DNA from: Micavibrio sp. TMED2
Lineage (GTDB): Bacteria; Pseudomonadota; Alphaproteobacteria; TMED2
Direction of reading: 5' to 3'
DNA: 64,000 nt
Assembly: GCA_002168225.1 (NCBI GenBank)
Contig: NHBH01000001.1
Location: forward strand, 1,126,370-1,190,369
Below are positions 19,059-29,025 of the stretch, in pieces; position 1 is the stretch's first letter; the number at the start of each line of letters is the position of its first letter. The notes beneath the pieces are model-generated. The model was given only the letters and a program-made list of their open reading frames with translations. It made no database searches and was not told the origin of the DNA. Position numbers and translations under genes: made by a program.

Positions 19059-20732
19059 CTATTCCGCCTGCCATTCCTCAACCCAATAGGTCGATGGGAA
19101 CTGGTGACCGGTGGGGCGCAGGCCCGTGAGCCATTTCGGCAGGATATAGGCATTGGCGCGGAAATAGAGCGGCAGGGCGGGCAGATCCTCGGCATAGATT
19201 TCCTGCACCTGATTCCACAGCGCCTGATTGGCCGCCGGTTCGCAGGTGTCCTCCATCTCCTCCAGAAGCTCATCCATCTTGGCATTCCGGTAGCCGGTGC
19301 TGTTCTGCCCGGCCCAGTTGTTCTCCGGGCTGGGGATCATCTCCGAATGCAGGGTGGTACGCGGGATGCTGCGTGGTGAGGAAATCCACGCGAACATTGC
19401 GAGCGCCGGGAACTGCCGCTTGCGCACGGTTTCGCCGAAGAATACGCGGGCGGGCTGGTTATCGATCACCACATTGATGCCGAGCGCCTTCCACTGCTGC
19501 TGGATTACCTGCTGGACCAGCTCACGGGTGGTATTGCCCGCCGTGGTCTGCAACGTGACGCGCAGGGCCTCGCCATCCTGATTGCGGCGGATGCCGTCGC
19601 CTGCTGCCGGGAACCAGCCTGCTTCCTCGAGCAACTGTGCTGCCTGTTCCGGGTCGAAGGGATAGTCCCTCACCCCGTCATAATAGACGCTGTCGAGCGG
19701 ATTGACGTTGGATTTGGCGACCGGCTGGCGACCGTCGAACAGGCGCTGGTTGATCTGTTCCCGGTCAAGGCCATAGAGCAGCGCCTGACGCACCCGCTTG
19801 TCGGCCAGCATCGGGTTGTCGAGATTGACGTCGATATGTTCGTAGATCAGCCCGGGGCGATAGACGAAGTTGAACCGGTTGCCGGCCCGTGCCTCAAAGG
19901 CCAGCGCCTCATCTAGGGCGAGGCCAAGTTCACCGGCAATCATGTCCATGCCGCCGGAGAGCAGGTTGGCCGAGAGGGCGGCGGTATTGGTGACCGTGCG
20001 GACAATGATCCGCTCAAAGGCCGGTTTTTTGCCCCACCAGTATTCGTTTGGCTCGAGCACGACCGAACTGCCCTGATCCACGCGGGTAATCCGGTACGGG
20101 CCGTAATACAGGCCGGGATTGGTGGTGTCGGTATCGTAGAGGGTGCGTTCCTGATAGGCGGAGGGATCACCCTCGAAGGTGCCGCGCTCCAGATGGGCGG
20201 GCAGGATGGTAAAGCCGCTGATCGAGGCAAATTCGCAGGTCACCTTGTCCATATGCAGGGTGAAGGTGTGGTCATCGACCACGGTGATGTCGAGAATGTC
20301 GTTCTGGAAGAACTCGAAATTGGTCACGCCGCTGTCGGGATGGCGACCCACTTCCCAGGTGAAGACAACATCCTCGGTGGTCATCCGCGTGCCATCGCCC
20401 CATTTTGCCTCTTCCGGCAGGGTGTAGGTGATGGCCATACCCATCTCGCCGTTCTCACGCTCTTCCAGTACCGCGCGGCCATTCTCGATGGTCGGCAGTT
20501 CGGTACAGAGCAGGCAGGTCAGTTCCCAGTCGGCATCATAGACCGTGATCGGCCGCTGTCCGAAACCGAGCACATAGGTCCGGGCCAGAGTGCTGTCGAT
20601 CATCGGGTGAAAATTGGACGGAAACTGGCTGATGCCGATGGTCAGTTGTCGGGCATTGGCGTGCTGGCCGGTAAGGGCGGCGAACAGCATGACCAGCAGG
20701 GCGATGACCGGAAAACGGTGGCGAAAAAGCAT
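19059..20732 (-). CDS. ABC transporter substrate-binding protein, family 5 (peptide/nickel type)
   Basis: Signal peptide plus about 530-aa SBP_bac_5-like body. Confidence 0.85.
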   Translation of the reverse strand: MLFRHRFPVIALLVMLFAALTGQHANARQLTIGISQFPSNFHPMIDSTLARTYVLGFGQRPITVYDADWELTCLLCTELPTIENGRAVLEERENGEMGMAITYTLPEEAKWGDGTRMTTEDVVFTWEVGRHPDSGVTNFEFFQNDILDITVVDDHTFTLHMDKVTCEFASISGFTILPAHLERGTFEGDPSAYQERTLYDTDTTNPGLYYGPYRITRVDQGSSVVLEPNEYWWGKKPAFERIIVRTVTNTAALSANLLSGGMDMIAGELGLALDEALAFEARAGNRFNFVYRPGLIYEHIDVNLDNPMLADKRVRQALLYGLDREQINQRLFDGRQPVAKSNVNPLDSVYYDGVRDYPFDPEQAAQLLEEAGWFPAAGDGIRRNQDGEALRVTLQTTAGNTTRELVQQVIQQQWKALGINVVIDNQPARVFFGETVRKRQFPALAMFAWISSPRSIPRTTLHSEMIPSPENNWAGQNSTGYRNAKMDELLEEMEDTCEPAANQALWNQVQEIYAEDLPALPLYFRANAYILPKWLTGLRPTGHQFPSTYWVEEWQAE

Positions 20733-20855
20733 GGTGTCTGGCGGGTGTGGTGGTGACAGAACTCACGAACCCCATGCTATCCCGGCCAAATTCGGAATGA
20801 CAGGTTTTAATGTCTACCGATTTGACGATCCGGCAACGACCGGCGCCGCGCGGCC

Positions 20856-22652
20856 TCAGAAGGCCGCTTCGGCGAAGCTGTTGATGGCGCGGTGGCCGTC
20901 GCGGATGCTGGTGACGAGGCCGCCGGTCTGGCTCAACACGTTCTGTGCGAAGTACACTGCCGTGACCAGCTTGGCATCGAAGAAGTCGGCGCGGCCATTG
21001 GCACCACCCGGCTGGCTCATGGCGTCGAGGCCGAACAGGGCGGAACGGGCGAGCACATAGCCACCGGTAACGAGGCCGAACAGCTTGCAATAGGCGACGG
21101 CACCGGCGGCGATTGCCTCCGGCTCCTTGCCGTTCTCCAGTATCCAGCCGGTTGCGGTTTCCAGATGGTCGAGGCCGGCCTTGAGGTTGTCGGCAATGGC
21201 CGTGGCATCATCACCGGGTTTCGCTGCCAGCGCATCGGCGGTATCGCGCATTTCGGCGATGAAGCCGGTCATGGTCTTGCCGCCATCACGCAGAACCTTG
21301 CGGAAGACGAGGTCATTGGACTGGATGCCGTTGGTGCCCTCGTAAATGGTCAGGATACGTGCGTCGCGGTAATGTTGGGCGATACCGGTTTCCTCACAGA
21401 AACCCATGCCGCCATGGACCTGAACACAAGTGCCGGTGACGTCCTGTGCCATATCCGTACACCATGCCTTGACCACCGGGGTCAGCAGTTCCGCCATGGC
21501 GTTTGATGCGGCCTTCAGCGCGCCATCCTGGCTGGCATTGGCCTCATCCATATAGGTGGCGGCAAGGTAGCTTAAGCCACGTCCGGCCTCGATCTTGGCG
21601 CGGGCGTCGAGCAGCATCCGGCGTACATCGGCATGGTTGATGATGGTAACCGGGCCGTCACTGCCGGTCAGCGCCTTCGACTGCACCCGCTCACGGGCAT
21701 AGGATACCGCCTGCTGATAGGCGCGCTCGGCAATCGACACGCCCTGCAAGCCGACCGACATGCGGGCGTTGTTCATCATGGTGAACATATAGCTGAGGCC
21801 CTTGTTCGGTTCCCCGACGAGGTAGCCGATCGCGCCCTCATTATCGCCATAGGTCATGTAGCAGGTGGGCGAGGCATGGATGCCGAGCTTATGCTCCAGT
21901 GCGGTACAGCGCAGATCATTGCGCTCACCGAGGCTGCCATCCGCATTGACCAGAAACTTCGGCACGATGAACAGGGAGATGCCTTTCGATCCCGCCGGTG
22001 CATCGGGCAGGCGGGCGAGAACCAGATGGATGATGTTGTCGGTCCAGTCATGCTCACCATAGGTGATCCAGATCTTGTTGCCCTTGATCAGGTAGTGGTC
22101 ACCGTTCGGCGTTGCCTTGGTGCGTACCGCGCCCACATCGGAACCGGCCTGAGGTTCGGTCAGATTCATGGAGCCGGTCCACTCGCCGGTAATCATCTTC
22201 TCCAGATAGAGGTCTTTCTGTTCCGTCGAGCCGTGCTCGGTAATCAGATCGACCGCGCCCTGATTGAGCAGCGGGCAGAGGCCGAAGGACATGTTTGCCG
22301 ACTGCCACATCTCCTGTACCGGGAAGGCGAGCGCCCAGGGCATGCCCTGACCGCCGTAATCCGGGGTGAAGGGCAGGGAATTCCAGCCGCCCTCGACATA
22401 ATGGTCATAGGCTTGCTTGAACCCCTTGGGGGTGCGGACCACACCGTTTTCCAGCACGCTGCCCTCATGATCGCCGACCGTATTGAGCGGGGCCAGTATG
22501 TCGGTTGCCAGCTTGCCGGCCTGATCCAGAACCGCATCGACCAGATCATCGTCCACCATGTCAAAACCCGGCAGGGATGACAGGCGCTCAAGGCCGATAA
22601 TGTCCTTGAGGATATGGGTCATGTCGTTGATCGGGGCATGATAGGGGATCAT
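20856..22652 (-). CDS. acyl-CoA dehydrogenase (long, about 600 aa form)
   Basis: Full-length similarity to large acyl-CoA dehydrogenases (N-terminal, middle beta and C-terminal helical domains). Confidence 0.85.
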   Translation of the reverse strand: MIPYHAPINDMTHILKDIIGLERLSSLPGFDMVDDDLVDAVLDQAGKLATDILAPLNTVGDHEGSVLENGVVRTPKGFKQAYDHYVEGGWNSLPFTPDYGGQGMPWALAFPVQEMWQSANMSFGLCPLLNQGAVDLITEHGSTEQKDLYLEKMITGEWTGSMNLTEPQAGSDVGAVRTKATPNGDHYLIKGNKIWITYGEHDWTDNIIHLVLARLPDAPAGSKGISLFIVPKFLVNADGSLGERNDLRCTALEHKLGIHASPTCYMTYGDNEGAIGYLVGEPNKGLSYMFTMMNNARMSVGLQGVSIAERAYQQAVSYARERVQSKALTGSDGPVTIINHADVRRMLLDARAKIEAGRGLSYLAATYMDEANASQDGALKAASNAMAELLTPVVKAWCTDMAQDVTGTCVQVHGGMGFCEETGIAQHYRDARILTIYEGTNGIQSNDLVFRKVLRDGGKTMTGFIAEMRDTADALAAKPGDDATAIADNLKAGLDHLETATGWILENGKEPEAIAAGAVAYCKLFGLVTGGYVLARSALFGLDAMSQPGGANGRADFFDAKLVTAVYFAQNVLSQTGGLVTSIRDGHRAINSFAEAAF

Positions 22653-22877
22653 GGTCGGGTTTCCTCGGTTTTGCAGGTCGCTCTGTCGTTCTTATGAGCC
22701 GGGCATTGCGCCGTCAGCTTACCTTTTCGTCAATTTATAGTCGGATGATGCCTGCCTGTCATGACATCAATTGTAATGGGATCAATCGTCACGGGGGCAA
22801 TCAACAGACGTGAGGGGTGTCGGCCCGAAACTGGCATATGGGTTGCATTGATTGGGATGTAGATTTCCGGCCCAGAG

Positions 22878-23837
22878 GTGAAGAGAGACTTCGTGCCCCA
22901 ACCACTTGTGCAAAATCCCGCGTTAATTCAAGGGTTTGAGAATGCGCCGCGCGATGTGCGAAATGCCGTCGCGAATGCCAGCGCACGCACGGGGGTCGAT
23001 TTTTCCTACCTGATGCACAAGGCCTCCGCCGAGAGCAGCTACAACACCAATGCCTCGGCCGGCACGTCCTCGGCCAAGGGGCTGTACCAGTTCATCGACC
23101 AGACATGGCTCGCCATGGTCGACCGCCACGGTGCCAAACACGGTCTCGGCCCCTATGCCGATGCGATCGAGCAGGGCAGTGACGGTCGGTACCGCATTAC
23201 CGATGCGGCGGTGCAGGGCGAGATCATGGATCTGCGTTTCGACCCGCAGGCAGCGGCCAATATGGCTGCGGAGTTCGCGGCGGAAAACCAGAACTACCTT
23301 GAGGGCAAGCTCGGTCGTGATGTTGGCTCAACCGATCTGTATCTGGCGCATTTCCTCGGTGCCGGTGGTGCTGGCAAGTTCCTGAAGCAGATGGGTATCG
23401 ACCCGTCAACCGAAGCGGCCAGCGTCATGCCCAAGGCGGCCGCCGCCAATCACAATGTTTTCTATGATCGCGCGACCGGCAAGGCCCGTTCACTGGCCGA
23501 GGTCTATGATTTCTTCGCGGCCAAGTTCGACGAGAGTACCGGTACGACACAGGTTGCCACCGCGCCGGCACCGGCACAGTCAACTGCGGGTAAATCATAT
23601 AGTGGTGGCAGTGGCGGTGGTATAAGTGGCTTCAACTGGACGCCATCAACCCCGCGCCATACCGCCGGTCTCGGCAGCATGGCCGGTGATGATGCCATCA
23701 TGCGCCAGCTGATACAGGCCCTGTCCAACGATCAGGGCGGATTCCGCTCCGTTGCAACCGCACTCGGTGCCGAAACCACCATCGGTCGCGGTCTGTTTGC
23801 CAACGACCTGCTGCTGCTGGCCCAACAGGCGCTTTAA
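22878..23837 (+). CDS. lytic transglycosylase (SLT) domain-containing protein
   Basis: AESSYNTNASAGTSSAKGLYQFIDQTW matches ES...GLMQ SLT catalytic motif; GTG start. Confidence 0.55.
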   Translation: MKRDFVPQPLVQNPALIQGFENAPRDVRNAVANASARTGVDFSYLMHKASAESSYNTNASAGTSSAKGLYQFIDQTWLAMVDRHGAKHGLGPYADAIEQGSDGRYRITDAAVQGEIMDLRFDPQAAANMAAEFAAENQNYLEGKLGRDVGSTDLYLAHFLGAGGAGKFLKQMGIDPSTEAASVMPKAAAANHNVFYDRATGKARSLAEVYDFFAAKFDESTGTTQVATAPAPAQSTAGKSYSGGSGGGISGFNWTPSTPRHTAGLGSMAGDDAIMRQLIQALSNDQGGFRSVATALGAETTIGRGLFANDLLLLAQQAL

Positions 23838-23841
23838 GCCC

Positions 23842-24285
23842 TCAGGCTCGCTGATACCGGATAAATGATGTGCGTTTTGCGACCTGATCATACAGGGAGC
23901 GGGCGGGGGCGTTGAATTCCTGTGTGGTCCAGTAGACGCGGGCCACGTCGCCGCGCCGGTCGGCGTGGTCGTAGATTGCCTCGATCAGCGCCCGGGCGGC
24001 ACCGGTGCCACGGGCCGCGGGCGAGACGTACAGATCTTCCAGATAGCAATAGACGCCATCGGTCCATGTGGAGGGGTGGTGAATGATATGGGCGATGCCG
24101 ACCAGCTGGCCGCTGTCATCAACCGCGACCAGCCCCATCATGCCGTCGCGTTCGGCCACCATGCGGCCAAAGCTGTTGCGCGCCACATCATCCGGCACAT
24201 CGGCGCGGTAGAAATGGTTATAGCCGCGCCAGAGCACATGCCACTGGTCATAATCATTGGCAGCGAGCTTGCGGATAGAGGTCAT
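23842..24285 (-). CDS. GNAT family N-acetyltransferase
   Basis: About 147 aa; acetyl-CoA binding-like RGTGAARALIE segment. Confidence 0.7.
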   Translation of the reverse strand: MTSIRKLAANDYDQWHVLWRGYNHFYRADVPDDVARNSFGRMVAERDGMMGLVAVDDSGQLVGIAHIIHHPSTWTDGVYCYLEDLYVSPAARGTGAARALIEAIYDHADRRGDVARVYWTTQEFNAPARSLYDQVAKRTSFIRYQRA

Positions 24286-25583
24286 TCTTTTGGCTCCACC
24301 AGAATGGCGCGGAAGTCGTTGACATTGGTCAGCGTCGGCCCGGTCATGACGAGGTCGCCTGTCTGCTCAAACAGGCTGTAGCTGTCATTGCCGCGCAGCA
24401 TGGCATCGGCGTCAATCCCGGCTTCGCTGGCACGGGTCAGGGTCTCAGGGTCGATGATCGCCCCGGCATTGTCCTCGGACCCGTCAATCCCGTCGGTATC
24501 GCAGGCAATGGCGGTGATGCCCGCCGCCCCGGCGAGGTCGATGGCCAGTGCCAGGCTGAACTCGGCATTGCGCCCGCCGCGGCCCTTGCCACGCACGGTG
24601 ACCGTGGTTTCGCCGCCGCTCAGGATCAGCGCGGGTGCAGTGACCGGCTGGCCGTGTTTCTGAACCTGTCGGGCGATGGCGGCATGGACCTTGGCCACCT
24701 CGCGTGCCTCGCCCTCGATGGCATCGCTGAGGATAATCGGCGTCAGGCCGTGTTCCTCTGCCGCCTTGGCAGCGGCCTCGAGCGCCATCTGCGGCGTGGC
24801 CAGCATGATGGTCTGGGTCTTGTCAAAGATGCTGTCGCCGGGTTTCGGCGTTTCCGGTTCGGCCTGATCGAGCCAGTCGGCCACCGGGCCGGGCAGGTCG
24901 ATTTCATAATCGCCGAGGATTTGTTTCGCCCGCCCGAAGGTCGAGGGATCGGGTACGGTCGGGCCGGAGGCGATGGTTTCCGGGTCATCGCCCGGCACAT
25001 CGGAGATCAGGAACGACACCACCCGCGCCGGATGGGCGGCGGCGGCAAGCTGCCCGCCCTTGATCGCCGAGAGGTGTTTGCGCACCGCATTCATCTCGCC
25101 GATATTGGCCCCGGAGCGTAACAGGGCGTTGGTCACGGCCTGTTTGTGCTCCAGCGTCAGGCCGGGTGCGGGCAGGGCGAGCAGGGCCGAGCCACCACCG
25201 GAGATCAGGCACAGCATAACATCGTCAGCGGTCAGTTCCTCAGCCAGTGCCTTGATCCGTCCGGCGGCATCCATCCCGGCCTGATCCGGCACTGGATGCG
25301 CGGCCTCAACGATCTCGATCCGCTCGCAATCAACGGCATGGCCATACCGGGTGACGATCAACCCCTCGATCCGGTCGAACAGGCCCTTGTCCTTCGCCCA
25401 TGCCTCAACCGCGGCACCCATGGCGGCGGAGGCCTTGCCAGCACCGGTGATCACGATCCGGCCCTTGACCCGGTCGAGGTCGAGGCGGTCGAGCGCCGGG
25501 CCGACAATCTTGTCAGGCAGGCATACGGCAAGGGCTGCCTGAAACACTGAGTTCAGGACATCGCGCGGATTTCTGTCGGTCAT
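24282..25583 (-). CDS. glycerate 2-kinase (MOFRL family)
   Basis: Full-length resemblance to MOFRL/TtuD glycerate kinases (ITGAGKAS, CLISGGGSALL). Confidence 0.75.
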   Translation of the reverse strand: MTDRNPRDVLNSVFQAALAVCLPDKIVGPALDRLDLDRVKGRIVITGAGKASAAMGAAVEAWAKDKGLFDRIEGLIVTRYGHAVDCERIEIVEAAHPVPDQAGMDAAGRIKALAEELTADDVMLCLISGGGSALLALPAPGLTLEHKQAVTNALLRSGANIGEMNAVRKHLSAIKGGQLAAAAHPARVVSFLISDVPGDDPETIASGPTVPDPSTFGRAKQILGDYEIDLPGPVADWLDQAEPETPKPGDSIFDKTQTIMLATPQMALEAAAKAAEEHGLTPIILSDAIEGEAREVAKVHAAIARQVQKHGQPVTAPALILSGGETTVTVRGKGRGGRNAEFSLALAIDLAGAAGITAIACDTDGIDGSEDNAGAIIDPETLTRASEAGIDADAMLRGNDSYSLFEQTGDLVMTGPTLTNVNDFRAILVEPKE

Positions 25584-25682
25584 GGAAGCTAAGGCCGTCT
25601 GGTGGCTGTGCCGGTATCAGGCGGGTTGCCTGCTTAAGGCGCGGTTGAGGCGGATCAGTTAAGGCAGGTCAGTTGTAGCAGG

Positions 25683-26198
25683 TCAGCGGTTCTTGCGGAA
25701 ATTGTCGAGCGAGACAACCTCGCCGGTCTTCTCTTCACCCTCGACCTTGTCGCCATCATCGCCGTCGGTGTCGTCACCGTCGATTTCGCTGATGCTGCCG
25801 GCTTCCGGTGTTTCTCCATCATCATCCTCGTCATCATCCTGATCCAGCCCCTGGAACTGCAGGGCGAAATTCACGGATGGATCGGCAAAGACGGTGATCG
25901 AGGCAAACGGGATAACCAGCCGCTCGGGCACATTGTTGAAAGTCAGGGTGACGGTGAAGTACTCATCGGTGATTTCCAGACCATAGAACTGGTACTGGAG
26001 CACGATGGTCATTTCGGCGGGGTAGCGTTTGCGCAGGTATTCCGGCACTTCAACGCCGCTGTCGGCGGTGCGGAAGGTGATATAGAAGTGTTGCTCACCG
26101 TTGAGGCCCTGCTCGGCCACGGTTTGCAGAACCTTGCTGACAACGCCGCGCAGGGCGTCCTCAACCAGTACGTCATAGCGCATGTCGGTATCCGACAT
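25683..26198 (-). CDS. sspB: ClpXP adaptor SspB (alphaproteobacterial type)
   Basis: YDVLVEDALRGVV...HFYITF...MTIVLQYQF core, acidic linker, C-terminal VVSLDNFRKNR resembling the ClpX-binding tail of alpha-type SspB. Confidence 0.55.
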   Translation of the reverse strand: MSDTDMRYDVLVEDALRGVVSKVLQTVAEQGLNGEQHFYITFRTADSGVEVPEYLRKRYPAEMTIVLQYQFYGLEITDEYFTVTLTFNNVPERLVIPFASITVFADPSVNFALQFQGLDQDDDEDDDGETPEAGSISEIDGDDTDGDDGDKVEGEEKTGEVVSLDNFRKNR

Positions 26199-26355
26199 AT
26201 ATTCTACCCATTGTCAGAACTGGCGGCCGTTTAACGGGCCACTCTTGATATTATCAGGTCAGATTAACGATTGCGCGGGCGAAAACAACAACGCTTTGCG
26301 TTTTCCCATCGCTTGCTGTCGCTTTTTTCACGTCATCTCCGGTGTCATCTTCAAC

Positions 26356-26422
26356 GTCATTCCAGCGAAAGCTGGAATCTCGATGACAGCAGCGCTTGGA
26401 TTCCAGCTTTCGCTGGAATGAC
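26356..26422. repeat. nested palindrome: two 23-nt inverted arms (GTCATTCCAGCGAAAGCTGGAAT / ATTCCAGCTTTCGCTGGAATGAC), each arm itself a hairpin
   Basis: Read directly from sequence; 21-nt spacer; lies between ssrA 3' region and sspB start. Confidence 0.7.
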
Positions 26423-26454
26423 AGGCGGTTGGTTGAGCGACCGTAAAAGCTGGC

Positions 26455-26875
26455 GTGAAAGAGAAGTGGAGGCCTTCTGTTGCTAGGCGGCCTCCGGTCC
26501 CCACCCTAGACGGCAAAGCCTAGGGAATTAAATTTCAGTATTACGCGCTGCCTTAGGCTGCGAGTGCTACTGGAGCTGCGTTATTATCGTTTGCAACTAT
26601 AATATAGCCCGATAACGGCGGTACCATACCGGGAACAAACGTTATCTTTACTGCGCGTGTCGATCCTGTTTCGCCCCCATCCCGGACCGCCCGACGATGA
26701 CGGGTTTTGCAACCCATCGATCCGGCGGATTTCCCGGATCACTCAAGGTCTGTATCAAGCCAAGCCCCAAGTGATCCCGGAAATGGTGGAGGCGCCGGGT
26801 ACTGCCCCCGGGTCCACAACGCCTATTCCATAACGCGTTTAGCGCCATAGCCGGTAAACCGGCATGGATAGATAT
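26455..26875 (-). ncRNA. ssrA: tmRNA (ssrA), circularly permuted two-piece type: acceptor piece ending CCA at 26784, coding piece starting GGGGGCGAAACAGGAUCGACACGCG at 26678
   Basis: Minus-strand tag ORF at 26594..26553: GCA AAC GAT AAT AAC GCA GCT CCA GTA GCA CTC GCA GCC TAA, giving ANDNNAAPVALAA-stop. 5' GGGGGCG pairs with 3' CGCCUCC-A-CCA. Permuted gene order (CCA piece upstream of GGGG piece) and pseudoknot-like helices downstream. Outer boundaries approximate. Confidence 0.75.
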
Positions 26876-27127
26876 AGGTCATTCGGCCCGGTTGTTAAAG
26901 GGCAGGGACAATTTCTCGGAATCGGACTTGGAAAATGACATTTATACACAAATGAATCACAACCATGGCGATTCGAATTTTGTTTTAAAAACAAGGGGTT
27001 TTGATTCTTATCAAGAGGGCGTGAATGAAATGAATATCTTAGCTGTTGACGGTTGAAAACAGCGGTTTTGTGAACGTACGCGCATCTCTAAGTTGCTCCT
27101 CTCTGCACAAAATTGAGGATATAGACC

Positions 27128-28135
27128 GTGAACCACGAAGTTTCGCTTGAAATGCAAAAAGATTCAGACCGTTCAAATTCTGAAGTCGGTAAAAAGCGAG
27201 ACCGGATCAGCCCGGAGCAGCGCGCGGAAATCGACGAACAGAAGGCCCAGCGCTACGACACCCGCCGCGCCACCGTCCCGGCGCTTGAGGAAATCCTCTA
27301 TGAGCCGATCCCGCTGCTCGATCACGGCTTTGTCCGGGTTATCGACTATATGGGCGATGACAGCGCGATCGTACAGGCCGCGCGCGTTTCCTACGGCAAG
27401 GGCACCAAGAAGGTCTCCACCGATGCCGGTCTGATCAAGTACCTGCTGCGTCACTGGCACTCGACCCCGTTCGAGATGTGCGAGATCAAGTTCCACATCA
27501 AGCTGCCGATCTTCATCGCGCGCCAGTGGATCCGCCACCGCACCGCCAATGTGAACGAGTATTCCGCCCGCTACTCCGTCCTCGACCGTGAGTTCTATAT
27601 CCCGGCCCCGGACCAGCTCGCCGCCCAGTCACTGACCAACCGTCAGGGCCGCGATGACGAAGCCGTGCTGCAGGGTGAACAGGCCCAGCGCGTGCTCGAT
27701 ATCCTGCGTGATGACGCCTACCGCACCTATGCCCATTATGAGGAGCTGCTGAACGAGGATTCGGAAGGCAATGTGATCGACGAGAGCCGCACCGGTCTCG
27801 CCCGTGAACTGGCGCGCATGAACTTGACGCTGAATACCTATACCCAGTGGTACTGGAAAACCGACCTGCACAACCTGATGCACTTCCTGCGTCTGCGGGC
27901 CGACAGCCACGCCCAGTACGAAATCCGCGTCTATGCCGAGGCGATGACCGATGTGCTGCAGAAATGGGTGCCGCTCACCCATGCCGCCTATGAGGAATAC
28001 CGCGAAGGCGCGGTCAACCTCTCCAAAACCGGCCTGTCCGTGGTCAAACGCCTGATCGCCGGCGAAACCGTCACCCAGGAAACCAGCGGCCTCTCCCCAC
28101 GCGAATGGCGCGAACTGATGGAGCAGGTGGGGTGA
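27128..28135 (+). CDS. thyX: FAD-dependent thymidylate synthase
   Basis: ThyX motif [15 protein letters not shown]; GTG start (ATG alternative at 27146). Confidence 0.9.
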   Translation: MNHEVSLEMQKDSDRSNSEVGKKRDRISPEQRAEIDEQKAQRYDTRRATVPALEEILYEPIPLLDHGFVRVIDYMGDDSAIVQAARVSYGKGTKKVSTDAGLIKYLLRHWHSTPFEMCEIKFHIKLPIFIARQWIRHRTANVNEYSARYSVLDREFYIPAPDQLAAQSLTNRQGRDDEAVLQGEQAQRVLDILRDDAYRTYAHYEELLNEDSEGNVIDESRTGLARELARMNLTLNTYTQWYWKTDLHNLMHFLRLRADSHAQYEIRVYAEAMTDVLQKWVPLTHAAYEEYREGAVNLSKTGLSVVKRLIAGETVTQETSGLSPREWRELMEQVG

Positions 28136-29025
28136 AAATAGGCTCGCAGAGTCGCGTAGTAGAAAAGATAATTGAGCCTTTTGCTGCGTTTGTGCAGCAA
28201 AAGAACCGTGAGGTGCCTAATCCTCCAGAAATATTGTGGCACTACACTACATACGATGCATTTATCTCTATTATTAAGGATCAAAGTTTAAGGTTATCAG
28301 AGTTAGGCTACCAGAATGATTCTGGGGAGTACTGGTTCTTTAATGAAATTGTGCAAGGTTCCTTACGGAGTATGCAAGAAAATAACGACGAAGTAATTAA
28401 ATCTGCTAATTATTTAAGGCAATTTTTCTATCAGGCGGGTTTTCGAGGATTTTCAAATGTTTTCTCTTTTAGTTTGACCGAAAAGGCCGATAGCCTGAGT
28501 CAATGGCGAGCATATGCTAATCATGGAGAGGGAGTAGCGTTAGGGTTCTCTGTGGGAGATGTTCCCGATGGTGTTTATTTGGGTCGTTGTTATTATTCAG
28601 AAGTTGGTGACAAAGAGTTTGATGATGTTTTTAGGAGCGTTGTCATTAATCTATCTAATAGTTTTAAGCATAATGATGGCAATCATAATTTAAGTATGGC
28701 GGGTCTGGTCGCCAGCGCATTAATTAAAATTATTTCTGAGGCTTCACCATACGTTAAACATAAGGGTTTCGCAGAGGAGTGTGAGTGGAGAGTTACATCT
28801 TATGGCGGTGAAGATAAGGCTGAGTACGATTTTTTTGCTAAAAATTATGGAATGGTAATGGCTAAAAAAATAAAATTTTCTGCTGGATTGTCTTTGAAGA
28901 AGGTTATGATAGGCCCATCTCCTTTTATGCTTAGAAATAAATTTACTGTTAGTGCTTTCTTGAAACAAAAAAACTTGAATGTAGAGGTTTTATCTTCAGA
29001 AATATCATATAGAAAGCAAGCATAA
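28105..29025 (+). CDS. DUF2971-like protein encoded in an AT-rich insertion
   Basis: [24 protein letters not shown]...NDSGEYWFF resembles the DUF2971 N-terminal HYT...NDPxE signature. The coding region is strongly AT-rich relative to flanks. ORF opens at ATG 28105 inside thyX; alternative GTG at 28132 overlaps the thyX stop. Confidence 0.5.
   Translation: MARTDGAGGVKIGSQSRVVEKIIEPFAAFVQQKNREVPNPPEILWHYTTYDAFISIIKDQSLRLSELGYQNDSGEYWFFNEIVQGSLRSMQENNDEVIKSANYLRQFFYQAGFRGFSNVFSFSLTEKADSLSQWRAYANHGEGVALGFSVGDVPDGVYLGRCYYSEVGDKEFDDVFRSVVINLSNSFKHNDGNHNLSMAGLVASALIKIISEASPYVKHKGFAEECEWRVTSYGGEDKAEYDFFAKNYGMVMAKKIKFSAGLSLKKVMIGPSPFMLRNKFTVSAFLKQKNLNVEVLSSEISYRKQA

Noticed and set aside
21633-22580. 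315-aa plus-strand ORF
   Set aside because: Antisense of the acyl-CoA dehydrogenase gene.
26182-26516. Small plus/minus ORFs (60-80 aa) across the ssrA-sspB spacer
   Set aside because: They cover the palindromic repeat and tmRNA pseudoknot region; explained by the RNA gene and repeat, not coding.
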